NCBI RefSeq assembly: GCF_009914755.1
Contig: NC_060926.1
Direction: 5' to 3' (one strand)
Length of the DNA: 64,000 bases
DNA from: the human T2T-CHM13v2.0 reference genome, Homo sapiens
The notes beneath the pieces are model-generated. The model saw only the letters and a program-made list of their open reading frames with translations, had not been told where the DNA came from and did not search any database. A program made the position numbers and the translations under genes. Shown piece after piece: positions 44,271-58,410 of this stretch (its first letter is position 1; every line of letters begins with the position of its first letter).

Positions 44271-45609
44271 TTGTATTAATTCATTATCCTAAATATTTGA
44301 CTGTTTTTTTTTCTGGTCTAATTTTTTAAATAGTCATCTCCATCTGGATTCTTTTCCTTCTTCTTGACTTCATTTTATGCTCAGTGTTTTCACATACATT
44401 TTTAGCTGAGCAAAGTTCCTCCATGAGGCATTCCACTCAAACTCATTTTTCCTTGACAGTGGGTGGGTCAGTCTCATAAATTACTTCTTTTACGCCAGAG
44501 CATCTGAACATCTGAACATTGATCTGAGATAACTGGTAGATTTTAGCATTTTGATTTATTTTCTAAAGAGAGAGTGCACAGTTAATCATCTATGCAATAT
44601 TTATATTGTAAAGGAACACTTGTTTAAAAATATATACTTTTAACATGATGGGAGAGAAATTTTCAGCTCTAAAACTACATAGGGTTTTATTAAATTTTCC
44701 AGAGATTAATGGAATGGTTTACAGGCACATTGTAAAAAATGCATTGTATGTTAATATATTTTAAAACTCCTTTTAACTTCTGCCAGTGTTTAATATGGGG
44801 CTGGATAATAGATGGGTACGTACAAGAGACTAATAAAGTGAAGGCTGCAGGAGGTGAGATGTGCAGTGTAGCAGGCCTTGTGGCTACACAGACGTGGCTC
44901 ACAACTCACCCAATTTGTTTCTCAGCATGTGTCTTGATGTGTTTTATAAATTGGAATTGTTTTAAAAATCAGTCCAAGTAAAAAATATACAAACAAAAAG
45001 CAGACTTTAAAATGACTTTTAAAAAGACCCTCTCTAAGATGATTTTAAGCAAGATCCTCATTTCTAGATCACACAAATCCCCAGGAGGCTTACAAGGACT
45101 TATTGATCTCCATTTCTTATTTATCATGCTTTGAAATGAAAAGCACAATATATATGGTATATGTGTGTGTGTGTGTGTGTTGATGAGAGTTTGTACAACT
45201 GTGATTCAATCACGGTATATTTTAATTTAATTTAAAATGCTCCAAACAGATTTTAAGAAGCCAAAATACAAATGTGGTCTTTTAAAATGAGTTCTAGAGA
45301 ATATCAGAATAGTTCAATTCTACCTACTGTTATAGAAGGTTCAAATTAGGATTATTGGAAAAGTGTTTAGCTTAAGTGTTAGGATAAAATTACTAATAAA
45401 TTATTATAATTATTGGACTACTTAGTACATCATTTTATATGTCAAAATCTGTGCTAATTATATTGCATATGAAATCTTAATTATTCCAAGTGTTCTATGA
45501 CATAGTATTTTATCACTCCTATTTTTTGTATGGGAATGTTGTGTTTCTGATCTGCTAATGGACTCTTTCACGATCACAAAGCATATAGATAGAGCAGTTG
45601 GAAATTTAA

Positions 45610-45963
<354 letters not shown>

Positions 45964-47074
45964 CCCACAGGATCTTTTAACTCTGCTAAGCTTTTTATTT
46001 TTTATTTTTTTTAACAAGGACAGTATATTTTTCTCACAGTTTAAATGGTTATTTTATAATTATATAGTTTATAACTATAATTTCCATCTTGTTCTTTTTA
46101 GAATCCTTGGTTTATAGACCATAGTAATATAGGTTTCCAAATATAGAACCTAAAGTTGTGTTCAAATCATAGGAACGTCTGTGCCTAAAAGGCTGCAAAT
46201 TATTAGATCAAACCCTCTGGAACACATTTTTTGTTAGATTTTATGGGGTTAGCCATGAAGATTTGATCCTCTATCTGGATTTCATGTTAAAGGCTTAGCA
46301 CTAAGTTTTTCTTGCCAAAGAGCTGCTTTTCTTTCTGTTTAAATTGTAGGCTTTTGTTTTTTTCTTCAGATGAATATGCAGGTTGACATCTCTTTAGAAA
46401 TACAACATATCTAAGTGATATGTCATGGAACTTCTCTTTATTTATTATTCTTGTCGTTCTTTTTCTTTTCCTCTTCCATTTGGCTGCCCATGATCCAAAT
46501 GCAATTCTTTTTCCACTACTAAAGCATATCCATACTTTAAATCACCTAATGTATTGCTTTCATTCTAATCAATATTTGCAAGTCCTCAGTATTAGTACTT
46601 GGATTGTTAATTCAGATCACCCCCTGCCAATAAACTAATGAAAGCATTTTGGCCACTCTTTCTGCTCTGTCAGAGAGCATATTACAAAGACTGACCTTGT
46701 GTGGTGATTTCTAGAAACTGTAACAGGGTAACAGGGAAATGGAGGCCTTCAGATAATATGTTTTACTCAAATAAATATGAAAGAGTTTAATTGATTTAAT
46801 AGACTGTACTTACTAGCATTTAAAATTATTTGATATAGTAGAGCTTTAAGATACAGTTTTTCCACAGGAACTTAATTGCTTTACATGGTTACTCTCAATT
46901 ATTTCTATGATGCAACCTGTATCTTCCATAGGTATAATTTTTCCTAGCTCACAATTCCATGTCTCTCCCTTTAAATAAAAGTTTTGGAATACAATGGGTT
47001 GGAGAAAGATATAAGTGCTTGTGAGTTATAACTGAATCACTGGTCATAACTTCTTTCTGGATTTTCGTTGATTG

Positions 47075-47420
47075 TTCCCTTTAGGGAAGCAGATTCTGAA
47101 ACTGGAATTGGAAACCAGAAAGTTGATTAGAGTGTGTTCTGGGGTGAGGGTGGCAAGGCGGAAATGCCCATGTGAGAAAGGGGAGAGGGAGGGACTAGGT
47201 AGTAGCAACAGAGGTTTCCCTCACTTACTTGGAGTTCCTGAGCTGCAGCACCCATCAGATTTGTCATTTTTGAACCAAGGGAGCCTAGGCCTTTTGAAAC
47301 CTTCATATAAGCAGTCTTAGGATTCAGGCTGTCCTGGGGATGGGGAAGGCATGTCACCTTGGATAAGACAGCTTTCTTTGGCTGCAGAAATTTTCTGAAT
47401 AAAGGAGAATCTGAACAGCC
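47075..47420 (-). mobile_element. Old ERVL LTR (LTR16/LTR33-like) fragment
   Basis: gggaagcagattctga...agaaagttgattagagtgtgttct; gtcaccttggataagacagct. Confidence 0.45.
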
Positions 47421-47592
47421 CAGTATCTACCACAATTTTAAAGGGCATATTTGAAAGCAATAAACCTAAATATATTTATACATTTTGTATTCTGAATGGG
47501 ATTTTTCTTACTTTTGGAAGTCAAACTTCTCTCACAGCTTTCTCTAAATTTTAGTATTCATTACTTACTCTCAAAACACATGAAAGGGGTCT

Positions 47593-47969
47593 TGTATTAG
47601 TCCGTTTTCACGCTACTGATAAAGGTATACCAGAGATGGGGCAATTTACAAAAGGAAGAGGTTTATTGGACTTACAGTTTCACGTGGCTGGGGAGGCCTC
47701 ACAATCACAGCAGAAGGTGAAAGTCAAGGAAGAGCAAGTCACAACTTATGTGGATACCAGCAGGCAAAAGGGAGAGCTCGTGCAGAAAAACTCCTGTTTT
47801 TAACACCATCAGATCTCATGAGACTCATTCACTATCATGAGAACAGCCTAGGAAAGACCTGCTCCCATAGTTCAGTCACCTCCCCCTGGGTTCCTCCCTT
47901 GACACATGGGAATTGTGGGAGTTATAATTCAAGATGAGATTTGGGTAGGGACACAGCCAAACCATATGA
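47593..47969 (-). mobile_element. THE1 (B/C-like) solo LTR, complete
   Basis: tgtattagtccgttttcacgct...ggacacagccaaaccatatga. TSD ggtct / ggttt. Confidence 0.93.
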
Positions 47970-48554
47970 GGTTTTTTATTTCTAATACACATTTATATGT
48001 TTTTAATCAAATGAGTGACTAGACAAATGCAAAGGAAATGGAGTGCTGTATAAATATAAAATCTATTTATTTAAAACTAAGCTAAAAAGAAGTCCAATAT
48101 TAGACTTAACAAACTTAAATAGTGCTAACTTAATAAACTTTTTAATATAACCAGAAATAATAAAATGATAAACATAAATATTCTGAACATTTTGGTGAGC
48201 TGTCTCCCAAGGCCTTCTTGATCTTTTTACTCATATCTAAATGAAAAGGAATATATTGGTGTACTTTTAGCAACAGGAATTATGTTCAATTATATTATCT
48301 AAAATAGGCATTTACTTTTTTAACTGTTAAACTCACCTGAAATTTTGACTAAGAATTTAGGCAAAAATATATTACCATACCACAAATGAATTTTTTAAAA
48401 GCATGTGTTCATTTTCCCCCATCTGGAATAAGTCTAGATCCATGATTTTGAATTCCCTGATGTATTCAGAAAGAACTTGAAATGAATACTATTCAGAGCA
48501 GTGATTACTTTCAGAAAATATTCAGAGGTAGCTTTCAGTAACTGCTAGCATTTT

Positions 48555-48790
48555 TTTTTTGAATGCTATGTTTCAGCAAATTGTGCTGTGTACTTAGTGT
48601 ATCTTATCTCATTTAGTTTTCACTATAGGACACAAAGGAATGCTATTAAACCTGTTTTCCAGATGAGAAATCTGAGACTCAGAGATTTTAATGAAGCTGC
48701 CCAAAGCTAGAAGGATACTAAGTAGAAAAATCAAGGAATAAATCATTATTTGGACCCAACATGCAGGTTCTTTCTACTAACACCATGCTA
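48555..48790 (-). mobile_element. MIR SINE
   Basis: Core cctgttttccagatgagaaatctgagactcagaga...gctgcccaaag. Confidence 0.75.
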
Positions 48791-49459
48791 CAGGGCTCAC
48801 CAAAATTGGTACTCATTTGGAATTTGAGTATTAAGCAATATAACAAAGATACATAATCAAAGTTCTTGAAACAAAGCACTCAGAGACTGTTTATACCTGT
48901 TTCTAGAGAGAGTGATAGAAATAAACATAGATCTAGAAATAATTGCTTCAAAATACATTATGTAGTCTGGTATAACAACTATTATACACTTCCACAAATA
49001 AAGGACAGTAATGTGGTTTCTTTCCAAAATATCCTAAATAAGTGTGATTAATAAGGATTGAAACAAATATATATCTTTAAAGAGTAAGACTTAAATAACT
49101 TACATGATAAATACATTAGATAATTTAGTGTGAAGAGTAACTTCTAATGGTTTCAGCAATATATATATTTTATTGGCTGTCTCTCAGGACCCATTTCTTC
49201 AGATGGTTCTGTGATATTATATCAGACATAAATATCCACTTCAGAGAACAAGTACACTAAAGCTATATCTCTAAGATGACATATCATCATTATTTAGCAT
49301 TGCATAACTAAGTGCACACAGACAAACAAAAGCTAAACAACAAAGTTCGGAAGTTTGACTGCATGTAACTTAGGAAACTCAATATATAGGTAATCCAGTA
49401 TAAATCGAATTATTCTTCTTGGGTAGATGTAAACATCCCCAATTATTCTTCATTGCAAC

Positions 49460-49830
49460 TGTATCAGTCTGCCAGGGCTGCCATATAAAAATCACAGATG
49501 GAGTGGCTTGAACAACAGAAATTTATTTCTTCACAGCTCTGGAGGCTGGAGTTTCCAGATCAAGGTGCTGACAGGTTTGTTTTCTCTGAGGCTTCTCTCT
49601 TTGGCTTGCAGATGGCTGCCTTCTCACTGTGTCCTCACATGGCCTTTTCTTTGTGCTTGTGCATCCGTGATGTCTCTTCCTTTTCTTGCAAGCACATCCC
49701 TCAGTGCTATTGAATTACGGTTCCATCCTTATGACCTCACTTAACCTGGCCCTTTCTTCAAGGACAGTCACATTGGGGGTTAGGGCTTCCGCATATGAAT
49801 TTGGAGAGAGATACAATTCAGTTCCTATCA
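49460..49830 (-). mobile_element. MLT1A/B solo LTR
   Basis: tgtatcagtctgccagggctgcc...aattcagttcctatca. TSD gcaac / ccaac. Confidence 0.88.
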
Positions 49831-51264
49831 CCAACTCACCCAGCAACCTAAGCACTATACACTAAAACAACCTACAGATTATGTCAAGCTGAGACTTGAG
49901 AAGCATGAGGACAGGGCTGATAGGTATTTTCAGGGCAGAAGAGGAAACCAAATCACAAGTTCAGCAACATAGAACTGGTCAGTAGCTTCTTAAGATAAAA
50001 GAGGCAGGAAAGTGGGCAACATAAAGAGGCAAAAGGTGGATACACAGGCTAACTTTATACAACTGGCCAAGCAAAGAGCAGGTCTGAGATGTAGCCAAAA
50101 TAGTGGTCAGTGGTACAGATCATAATATGGATACCATGATACTGGTACACAGAGAAAAATTCTGGTTAAAAAAAAAAAGTCAGTAAAGAACCTAGGTGAA
50201 GGTGTAGGTTAAGTAAAGTCAGGATGCAGGCATATGGCATTAGAATCAACTCGCTACTGATTCCGTGACTCAGAGAAGTAGTTCTCCTGAGTTTTTTCCT
50301 GTCCAAAATCAGCTTTTCTGAAGTGCTACCCAAATGGAGAAGATTAAGCTCATTTAGCTGAGGGAGTGAGATGGGAGAATAAAAAGCAAATGGTTACAGT
50401 AACTGTCTCTGTACCTTGAGGGTTATCTTATGCGATGGCGTGAGGGTGGAAAGAAGGATATCTAAAATGAGGTACAAAAAGAAACAAATGAACTTGTATA
50501 ATATTATTCAAAACAATAAACAGGGTTAAATGTTAATGCCTGCACACAGTCAGATTCCTTTATGCTTTTCTGGTAATTTCTTTAAACTATTTCTGAATTA
50601 TTTCCTATTTTTCCAAGTTCTGAAAAGAATATTTGTCAAATTCACATTTTAAAAAATGCACTGAAAGCATGTACTAGCACTTCTCAATGATACATGGTCA
50701 TAAACTGGGAAAGTGTATATGTTTGATATTTCCCCCACTATTCTAATTGCTTTTCACATAAGATCATTGCAAAAGATATGTTAGCTAATAGAAATAAACA
50801 CACTGAAAAAAAAATGAGAAGTTCTTATGAGCAAATACCTCATTATTTCGGAAGCATAGATGTTATCAGTTTAGGTAACTTCATTAAGAGTCTTTTTGTT
50901 GGCACAAATATGTTTTGGTTTCAGGATGTGGCTGATGTTATGTTACATATTTCTCAAAACCAAAATATATGCAAGTCTTATTTTACAAGAAAATATTTGG
51001 GTTAAATCTCTGTAAACCCTATGCCTACTGGGCATGCACAGAGATTAAGGAAAATATCATTCATTAAGTATCCTCAGGGAACAAAGCTATCCCAGTTAAT
51101 TTTGCATCTGTTTGCTATTTTTAGCCTGCATTTTGTTTATTGAATTATTTTTCAGCATTTGAAAAGTAAAAAAGTTTAATTTTTATATTAAAATTGACTG
51201 ATCACAATTGATAAATCACAATACCTCTTCAAATAATCACCAATAATACAATATAGTGTGAGAC

Positions 51265-51326
51265 AAAAAAGATAATATTGAAAAAGATAATATTAAAAGA
51301 TAATATTAAAAAAGATAATATTGAAA
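51265..51326. repeat. Four tandem copies of a ~14-15-bp unit aaaaagataatatt(g)
   Basis: Read directly from the sequence. Confidence 0.9.
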
Positions 51327-52022
51327 TACATTATGGTGATACTTTATTATTTTTATAGTCTTATTAAAATTTCTTTTTTTTTTAGGTTTCTTAGGCTTCT
51401 ATATATTACCTTATTTTCAGAAAATATGCAACCCTGATTATTTCAATTGCTTAATGTACACCCAATTTGGGGGTTTAAAAAACTATAAACAGATCATAAT
51501 ATCTTACTTTAATTATATTCTTATTTCATTCCAGTTTGTTGACTCCCAGACATCTTTGGTTTATTTCTTAGTCATCTGAGGACTTTCCTGCCTTAAGTGG
51601 TCATACATAATTTTTTGATTTCATATTGAAAAGATTTATAACATTGCTTCACAAATCTATTCAACATTTAAAATTATTTTCAAGTGCTTTGATCCTTTTT
51701 GTATTTTTTCTGATGTGGGTTAATTTATAAATTTGACTTAAACAAAAATAAATTGTTAGAATTTAATTATAAGCCACAATCTTCTTCTGCTACTCCAGCC
51801 CCAAACTTAAATTTTGCCACATTTTTCTGGTTCTTAAATGATAGCCATCAGCCATCTTTATGAAATCTGATTTTACTAGATGTTTTCTTTATTGCTTTCT
51901 TTTCTTTTACTCTTATTACATTGGAAATATTCACTTTTAGAACAACTTATAATAATGGAATTCCATATATTCCTTCCATTTTTAATAAGAGAAAGAATTC
52001 AGAGTAGAAATGTTTTTTATAG

Positions 52023-53096
52023 TATTAAAAGGAAAACTTAAGTTAAATTTATGATCTGAGAGAGACCAAGGTAAATACCCCTTTCATTAATTAAGACGGC
52101 TCCTAAGGTTAAGGAAACAAAGTTTCCTACAGGTTGATGATTCAGGACCTGGCTAACATGAAAAATATTTAAATTCCAGAAAAACCACACTTTCGTTAAA
52201 CTCCATAACAGAAGAAATTATCAGATAAATTACCAGAACTCTGATTTACAACCCAAGTATTACAACCCTGATTGGACAGAGGACTGGCTTTACATTCTTT
52301 TCTAATGAGCTACTATAGACTTTAAGCCAGTTACAGCCAGCTTACAGAGGCTGTGCACAAACTTTGTGTCCTATAGTTAACCTTTTGACTAAAAATGCTA
52401 AATTCCACCACATTTTAATGCTAAAACCCGTTCTCAAAGTGAACATGGGATGTATGTTACATATATTACCCACTGTGCACATGCCCAGCTCCCTTTGTGA
52501 ATACATATGGTTTTCCCCCCAAACCTGCTGAATATGTACAATTTATTGTATAATATGGACCCTGTGAGGCATAAAACACAACCCATCTTCCCCTCTTTGA
52601 AGAGAACCTCTTTGGCACAACTTTGACTGGAGACTAGGCTTCCCAGCTTGCAAACTGATACCACTAATAAAGTTCTCCTTTCTACTATCTAGCCATTCTG
52701 GTTGTCTTTTGGGAGACAAATTTAATGGAGTTTAATTGAGCAAAGAACAATTCGTGAATGGTACAGCCCCCTCCTCAACCAGAATAGGTTCAGAGCAACT
52801 CTGTCACTGCTGCATGGTCAGAGAGGGTTTATGGACAGAAAAAGGAAAGTGAGGTTCAGAAAACTGAAGTGACATACAGAAACAGCTGGATTGGTTATAG
52901 CTCAGTGTTTAACTTCTTTGATCACAGTTTGAACAGTTGGCCGCTTGTGACTGCCTAAGGCTTGGTGATTGGTGCAAGAGTAGTTTACAGTCTGTTTACA
53001 CATCAAGTTAGATTACAGATCACTATGCACAGAGAAACCTTTAGGCTGAACTTAAAATATGTAAGGAAGCAAAGTTAGGCTAAAATTAATTTAATA
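52023..53096 (-). mobile_element. MER57-like LTR split by a second LTR
   Basis: tattaaaaggaaaactt...//aatttaatggagtttaattgagcaaagaac...gaacttaaaatatgtaagg...aattaatttaata. Confidence 0.8.
52052..52718 (+). mobile_element. ERV1-class solo LTR (subfamily uncertain) nested in MER57
   Basis: TG...CA ends, TATA-like ggcataaaa (~52569) and AATAAA at 52666. Confidence 0.75.
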
Positions 53097-53103
53097 ATAG
53101 AAA

Positions 53104-54185
53104 CAGGACATAGGCATGGGCAAACACTTCATGACTAAAACACCAAAAGCTATGGCAACAAAAGACAAAATAGACAAGTGGGATCTAATTAAACTAAAGA
53201 GCTTCTGCACAGCAAAAGAAACTACCATCAGAGTGAACAGGCAACCTACAGAATGGGAGAAAATCTTTGCAATCTATCCATCTGACAAAGGGCTAATATC
53301 CAGAGTCTACAAAGAACTTAAACAAATTTACAAGAAAAAAAATCAACCCCATCAAAAAGAGGGCAAAGGATATGAACAGACACTTCTCAAAAGAAGACAT
53401 TTATGCAGCCAACAGACATATGAAAAAATGCTCATCATCACTGGTCATCAGAGAAATGCAAATCAAACCCACAATGAGATACCATCTCACGCCAGTTAGA
53501 ATGGCAATCATTAAAAAGTCAGGAAACAACAGATGCTGGAGAGGATGTGGAGAAATAGGAACACTTTTACACTGTTGGTGGGAGTGTAAATTAGTTCAAC
53601 TATTGTGGAAGACAGCGTGGCGATTCCTCAAGGATCTAGAACTAGAAATACCATTTGACCTAGCCATCCTATTACTGGGTATATACCCAAAGGATTATAA
53701 ATCATGGTACTATAGAGTCACATGCACACGTATGTTTATTGCAGCACTATTCACAATAGCAAGGACTTGGAACCAACCCAAATGTCCAACAATAATAGGC
53801 TGGATAAAGAAAATGTGGCACATTATACACCATGGAATACTATGCAGCCATAAAAAAGGATGAGTTAATGTCCTTTGCAGGGACATGGATGAAGCCTGAA
53901 ACCATCATTCTCAGCAAAATATCACGAGGACACAAAACTAAGCACCATGTGTTCTCACTCATAAGTGGGAGTTGAACAATGAGAACACATGGACACAGGG
54001 AGGGGAACATCACACACTGGGGCCTACTGGGGGTGGGGGTCTGGGGGAGGTATAGTGTTATAAGAAATACTAATGTAAATGATGAGTTAATGGGTGCACC
54101 AAACCAACATGGCACATGTATACCTATGTAACAAACCTACACATTGTGTACATGTACCCTAGAACTTAAAGTATTCAAAAAAAAA
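53104..54185 (+). mobile_element. 5'-truncated L1PA6/7-like element
   Basis: ORFs 53116-53499 and 53372-53863 are the frameshifted ORF2p C-terminus. 3' UTR and poly(A) present. TSD agaaacagga / agaaatagga. Confidence 0.95.
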
Positions 54186-54498
54186 AGAAATAGGAATTCT
54201 ACTTACTGAACATTGAGAGTCACAATTCAGTTAAATATTGCCAGTGAAGTTACTCGAAGACCTTTGCATTTTACTACCTCAGACATATTGTTTTACTAAA
54301 CGGTCTTCAGAAATTACTTCCAAAAGAGTTTTTGTTTTTAAACACCCAAAAGAAAAATGTTGAATTAAAAAACCTTAAAGAAGATAAATTAATCTTGTTT
54401 TATAAAAGTTCTTTACCCTCTTTATATTCATGCTCAGAAACCTATATCATTCAAATTCTTTCTTATACACTTCTAATCTATTATAGCCCTGGCTAGGT

Positions 54499-54499
54499 A

Positions 54500-54549
<50 letters not shown>
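54499..54549. repeat. (CA)n microsatellite, ~25 units with one interruption
   Basis: Read directly from the sequence. Confidence 0.95.
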
Positions 54550-54551
<2 letters not shown>

Positions 54552-54883
54552 CCTGTATGCATATGCATATCTTTCAAAGCACTTTATGTTGGCTATAAAT
54601 TCTATAATAATTTCTACTGACTGCTATGTATGAGTGACAAACTAATGTTCAGTTTTAATGTATCCCTCAATTCCTTCCATAAAAATATATATCTTTTACA
54701 GCAAATGCATAAAAACCAAAACATGTACATCTTTTCACTAAAAACAAAATACTATTAATAGAAAGTTCAAAATACATGAAAGAATACATCATAATTATGA
54801 ATTACAAGAGTAAGTTTACAAGAATGTCAATTCTCCAAAAATTTATAAATGTATATATGTGTGTATATTAATAATTGTATATA

Positions 54884-55191
54884 GGCCAGGAGCAGTGGCT
54901 CACACCTGTAATCCCAGCACTTTGGGAGGCTGAGACCAGTGGATCACTTGAGGTCAGGAGTTTGAGACCACCCTGGCCAACATGGCGAAAACCCATATCT
55001 AATAAAAATACAAAAATTATCCAGGTATGGTGGCACACCCCTGTAATCCAAGCTACTTGGAAGGCTTCAGAATTGCTTGAGAAGGCAGTGGTTGCAGTGT
55101 GCTGAGATGGCACCACTGCACTCCAGCCTGTGTGACAGAATGAGACTCCAGCTCAAAATAATAATAATAATAATAGTAATATTAATAATAA
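54884..55191 (+). mobile_element. AluS (Sx/Sz-like) with (AAT)n tail
   Basis: ggatcacttgaggtcaggagtttgagacc. TSD aattgtatata / aattgtataca. Confidence 0.92.
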
Positions 55192-55498
55192 TAAATTGTA
55201 TACAGTTATTCAAATAATAGTTTTTTCCTGAAATTGACAAGGTGATTCTAAAATTTGTACAGAAATGCACAAAACCAAGAATAGCCAAAGCAATCTTGAA
55301 AAAGAAAAACATAAAAGCTACTGGATAATTAAAATGGTATAGTATCAGTCCTATTATAGACAGAATACCTCAAAGAACAGAATAGGGAATCCAGAAAAAG
55401 ACCCACACATGTAGTTACCTGATTTAAGATAAAGTGACAGTATATATTTGACACAGTAAAGAGACTCCTTTCAGTAAAATGTGCTGGATTATTTGGAT

Positions 55499-56270
55499 TA
55501 ACTGCATCTGTGAATCTGCGGAGGCATGAGAGGAACAGGGCACCTACATGCTGTGCACTGTTTTCTGTGACAGCAAAAGAGCTCATTTCAGTGATGCTGG
55601 AGATGAAGGGGAAGAGGTCTTTGGGGTGGAACGACAATGAGTCTTGCACATTGCTTTAAGGTTAACAAAGCTTTTTGTGTTCCTTAATATATTAGAGTTC
55701 ATAACAATTTTATTTCTGATGTGAAAGAATTTATTGTCAGTAAGATGCCTGGCCTTATTAATTCTTGTCAAGGTAATCATAAGACTGATGGTAAATCTCA
55801 AGTGGTCCCTTTTATTTAATTTCCTCTATTTTGGAAAGAAAGATATGCAAAAATCATAGCTGCTTTCTATGGGAAAATCATGGGACTGTCATAAGGCCTC
55901 ATGTTCTCTTCTTCTCCAAGGATCTGACCACATCTCTGACATCAATACTGAGTGTTGTTCTCAGTTTCCATATATTCAGGAAACATTTTATATGATCCAC
56001 GTGTAACATCTGGAACTCTTGAGACTTTTTCCTCTTCAATTTCAACATATTATTATAAAATTTAAATCTCCTCCTAACACTGAAATTAGGACATTAAGGA
56101 ACAAATGTCATCTGAAAAACATTAATGGATCAGATTCATAGGTTTGAAATGGATCTACTTTCAATACAAATGGGGATACAAAACTATATAAAGTAATACA
56201 ATTCTTTACTTAGAATGCCAAGTAGTCGATAATTTGTACTAAATATAGATTTCATGATGACTAGTAAGGA
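55499..56270 (+). repeat. Inverted-repeat arm 1 (~770 bp), reverse complement of 62186-62951
   Basis: Hand alignment: 15 mismatches in 55501-55600 and 8 in 55861-55960; collinear end to end. Confidence 0.95.
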
Positions 56271-56793
56271 ACATAATCGCTGGAAATGCTAGAATTTAAA
56301 AAGCCTCATAATACCAAGTATTAACAAGGATGTGAAGTAACTGGAATTCTCTGATGGAGAATGTTCTTGGTGGGAGCAAAATATGGTAGGGTTATTTAGA
56401 AAAAAAATCACATGAACTGTGTCTATGAAAACTGAGTATACACATCCCCTATGTCCCAACACTTCTAGGTATGTACACAATAGAATGTATACTTTTATTG
56501 CCCAAAAGACATTACCAAAATGACCACTTCAGCATTATTTGTAATGGCCAAAAACTATAACCACCTAAACATTTATCAGTAGGTGAATGAATAAAGAAAA
56601 TTTTACAGATTTATACAATGAAATAATTGTAGAATTTAATTTAAGTAGGGTAGAAAATATGCAAAACTAATATATGATTTTAGAAGATAGTGGTTCCACT
56701 TGTATTGTAAGCAGTGGCCAAAAACAAGAGTGCATGAAGGAGCCCTCTGGATTTCTAGTAATAGTGTCTCTTGAGCAGGGTGTTAATTATACA

Positions 56794-56990
56794 GGTATAT
56801 TCTGTTTATGAAAATTCACCAGACTGCACAGTTAAGCTAGACACATCTTTGTGCATATGTATATATGTATATATGCAAATCTCAATTAAAATAAAAATCA
56901 AAAATATTATTTTATACACATTAGTTTATTTCCTATAAAATGTCTGAGACCAAAGTTTGGTTTTAGAAGAGTACGAGTTACACCTATATT
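56794..56990 (+). repeat. Direct-repeat copy 1 (~190 bp; L1 3' end plus flank)
   Basis: accagactgcacagttaagct...ttttagaagagtacgagttacac recurs at 58411-58599. Confidence 0.92.
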
Positions 56991-57007
56991 TTTTAAAATC
57001 TCATTTT

Positions 57008-57222
57008 CTCTTATTTATTTCAAATGACAAAAATTATATACATTTATGATATACAACATGTTTGGATATATGTATACTTTGTAGAATGGTTAAATCAAGC
57101 AAATTAACATATGCATGACTTTCCATACTTATTTTATTTGTAGTGAAAACATTCAAAATCTACTTTCTTAGCAATTTTCAAGTATACAATAAATTGTTAT
57201 TAACTATAGCCTCCATGTTGCA
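57008..57222 (-). mobile_element. L1MA 3'-end fragment
   Basis: aaaatctactttcttagcaattttcaagtatacaataaattgttattaactatag. Confidence 0.85.
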
Positions 57223-57340
57223 AATGGATCACACCCAATTTTTTTTTTCAAAGTAAATGCAGCACAGAATTAATTGAGAAGTTTCAGTTTAGTCTGGGTT
57301 TTTATTCCTACTTCATTAATCTCATAAAAATTAAATTGCA

Positions 57341-57620
57341 GTTGGGTGCGGTGGCTCATGCCTGTAATCCCAGCACTTTGGGAGGCCAAGGCAGGCGGAT
57401 CACAAGGTCAGGAGATGGAGACCATCCTGGCTAACACGGTGAAACCCTGTCTCTACTAAAAATACAAAAAATTAGCCAGGTGTGGTGGTGGGCGCCTGTA
57501 GTCCCAGCTACTAGGGAGGCTGAGGCAGGAGAATGGCATGAACCCAGGAGGAGGAGCTTGCAGTGAGCTGAGATTCCAGCCTGGGTAACAGTGTGAGACT
57601 CCGTCTCAAAAAAAAAAAAA
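57341..57620 (+). mobile_element. AluY with a short right-arm deletion
   Basis: gagctgagattccagcctggg lacks the gcgccactgcac stretch. TSD aaaattaaattgca / aaatttaaattgca. Confidence 0.93.
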
Positions 57621-58410
57621 TTTAAATTGCATATATTTTCTATATATATAAAATGTAGCAAGGGACCAGACTTCTCACAAATTTTTATGTTGAAAGTCAA
57701 AACTGCTGTATCAGCCATTTCAAAATTCACTAACATTTTTACACTAATAAAGAATGAAATTTCAAGTGTATCAAGCTATCAAGATAAACCTAGAGGGAGG
57801 AAGAGGAATGCTTACATGTTTCTACCATCTTGCTTTTTAACTTTAGGTTTCTGTTCTTCTTCCTGCTTTTTAAGATGAGGAAACTAAAGCAGGTTGACTT
57901 ACTAAGTTCAATTTGTTAGTAAATGGTTAAACTAGGACTTGAACATAGTTTCCTCGTATATCACATGGACAGCATAGCTCTTCTCCCTCATAATCACAAG
58001 TTCTTAACATAACACCTAGATACCTTTTTCTTTAAATAAATAATTTGAGTACATCAAAATGAAGCACAATTAATATTTGATAATATCATGTATTACATAC
58101 TCCAAGCTCAGGCTGTTTGTAATATCAGCAACAGCAACGAATCTAAGCTCTCTAAATTACTCAAGTCCATACAAATGTTATTATGCATTAATTCAACTAA
58201 GAAGTAAAGATGGTACAAAATATCTAGAACATAAAATAAATCAACATGTGCCTTAGAATACATCTGCCTGTAGGTGCATTGACTAGAAAAAATATAGAAT
58301 GAAAACTGAATATAAACTATTGCAATAATTCTTTCAACTTTAAGGGCAGAGATAGGAAAAGACACATTACATGTTTACAGATACTAATTTCTTACAAATA
58401 AATTTTATTT

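Larger units (their letters stand above)
54740..56895 (+). mobile_element. Old L1ME/MC-type 3' region, interrupted by an Alu and by a non-L1 insert at 55499-56270
   Basis: gaaattgacaaggtgattctaaaattt...agaatagccaaagcaatcttgaaaaag before the insert. ataccaagtattaacaaggatgtgaagtaactggaattctc and an L1ME-type 3' end after it. Confidence 0.8.

Noticed and set aside
51265-51326. Short repeated unit as a CRISPR-like array
   Set aside because: Head-to-tail AT-rich tandem repeat without spacers, in eukaryotic DNA.
53116-53863. L1 ORF2 peptides as an active reverse transcriptase gene (also 12889-14198 and 1560-1928)
   Set aside because: Truncated, frameshifted or inverted fragments with no promoter or intact ORF1.
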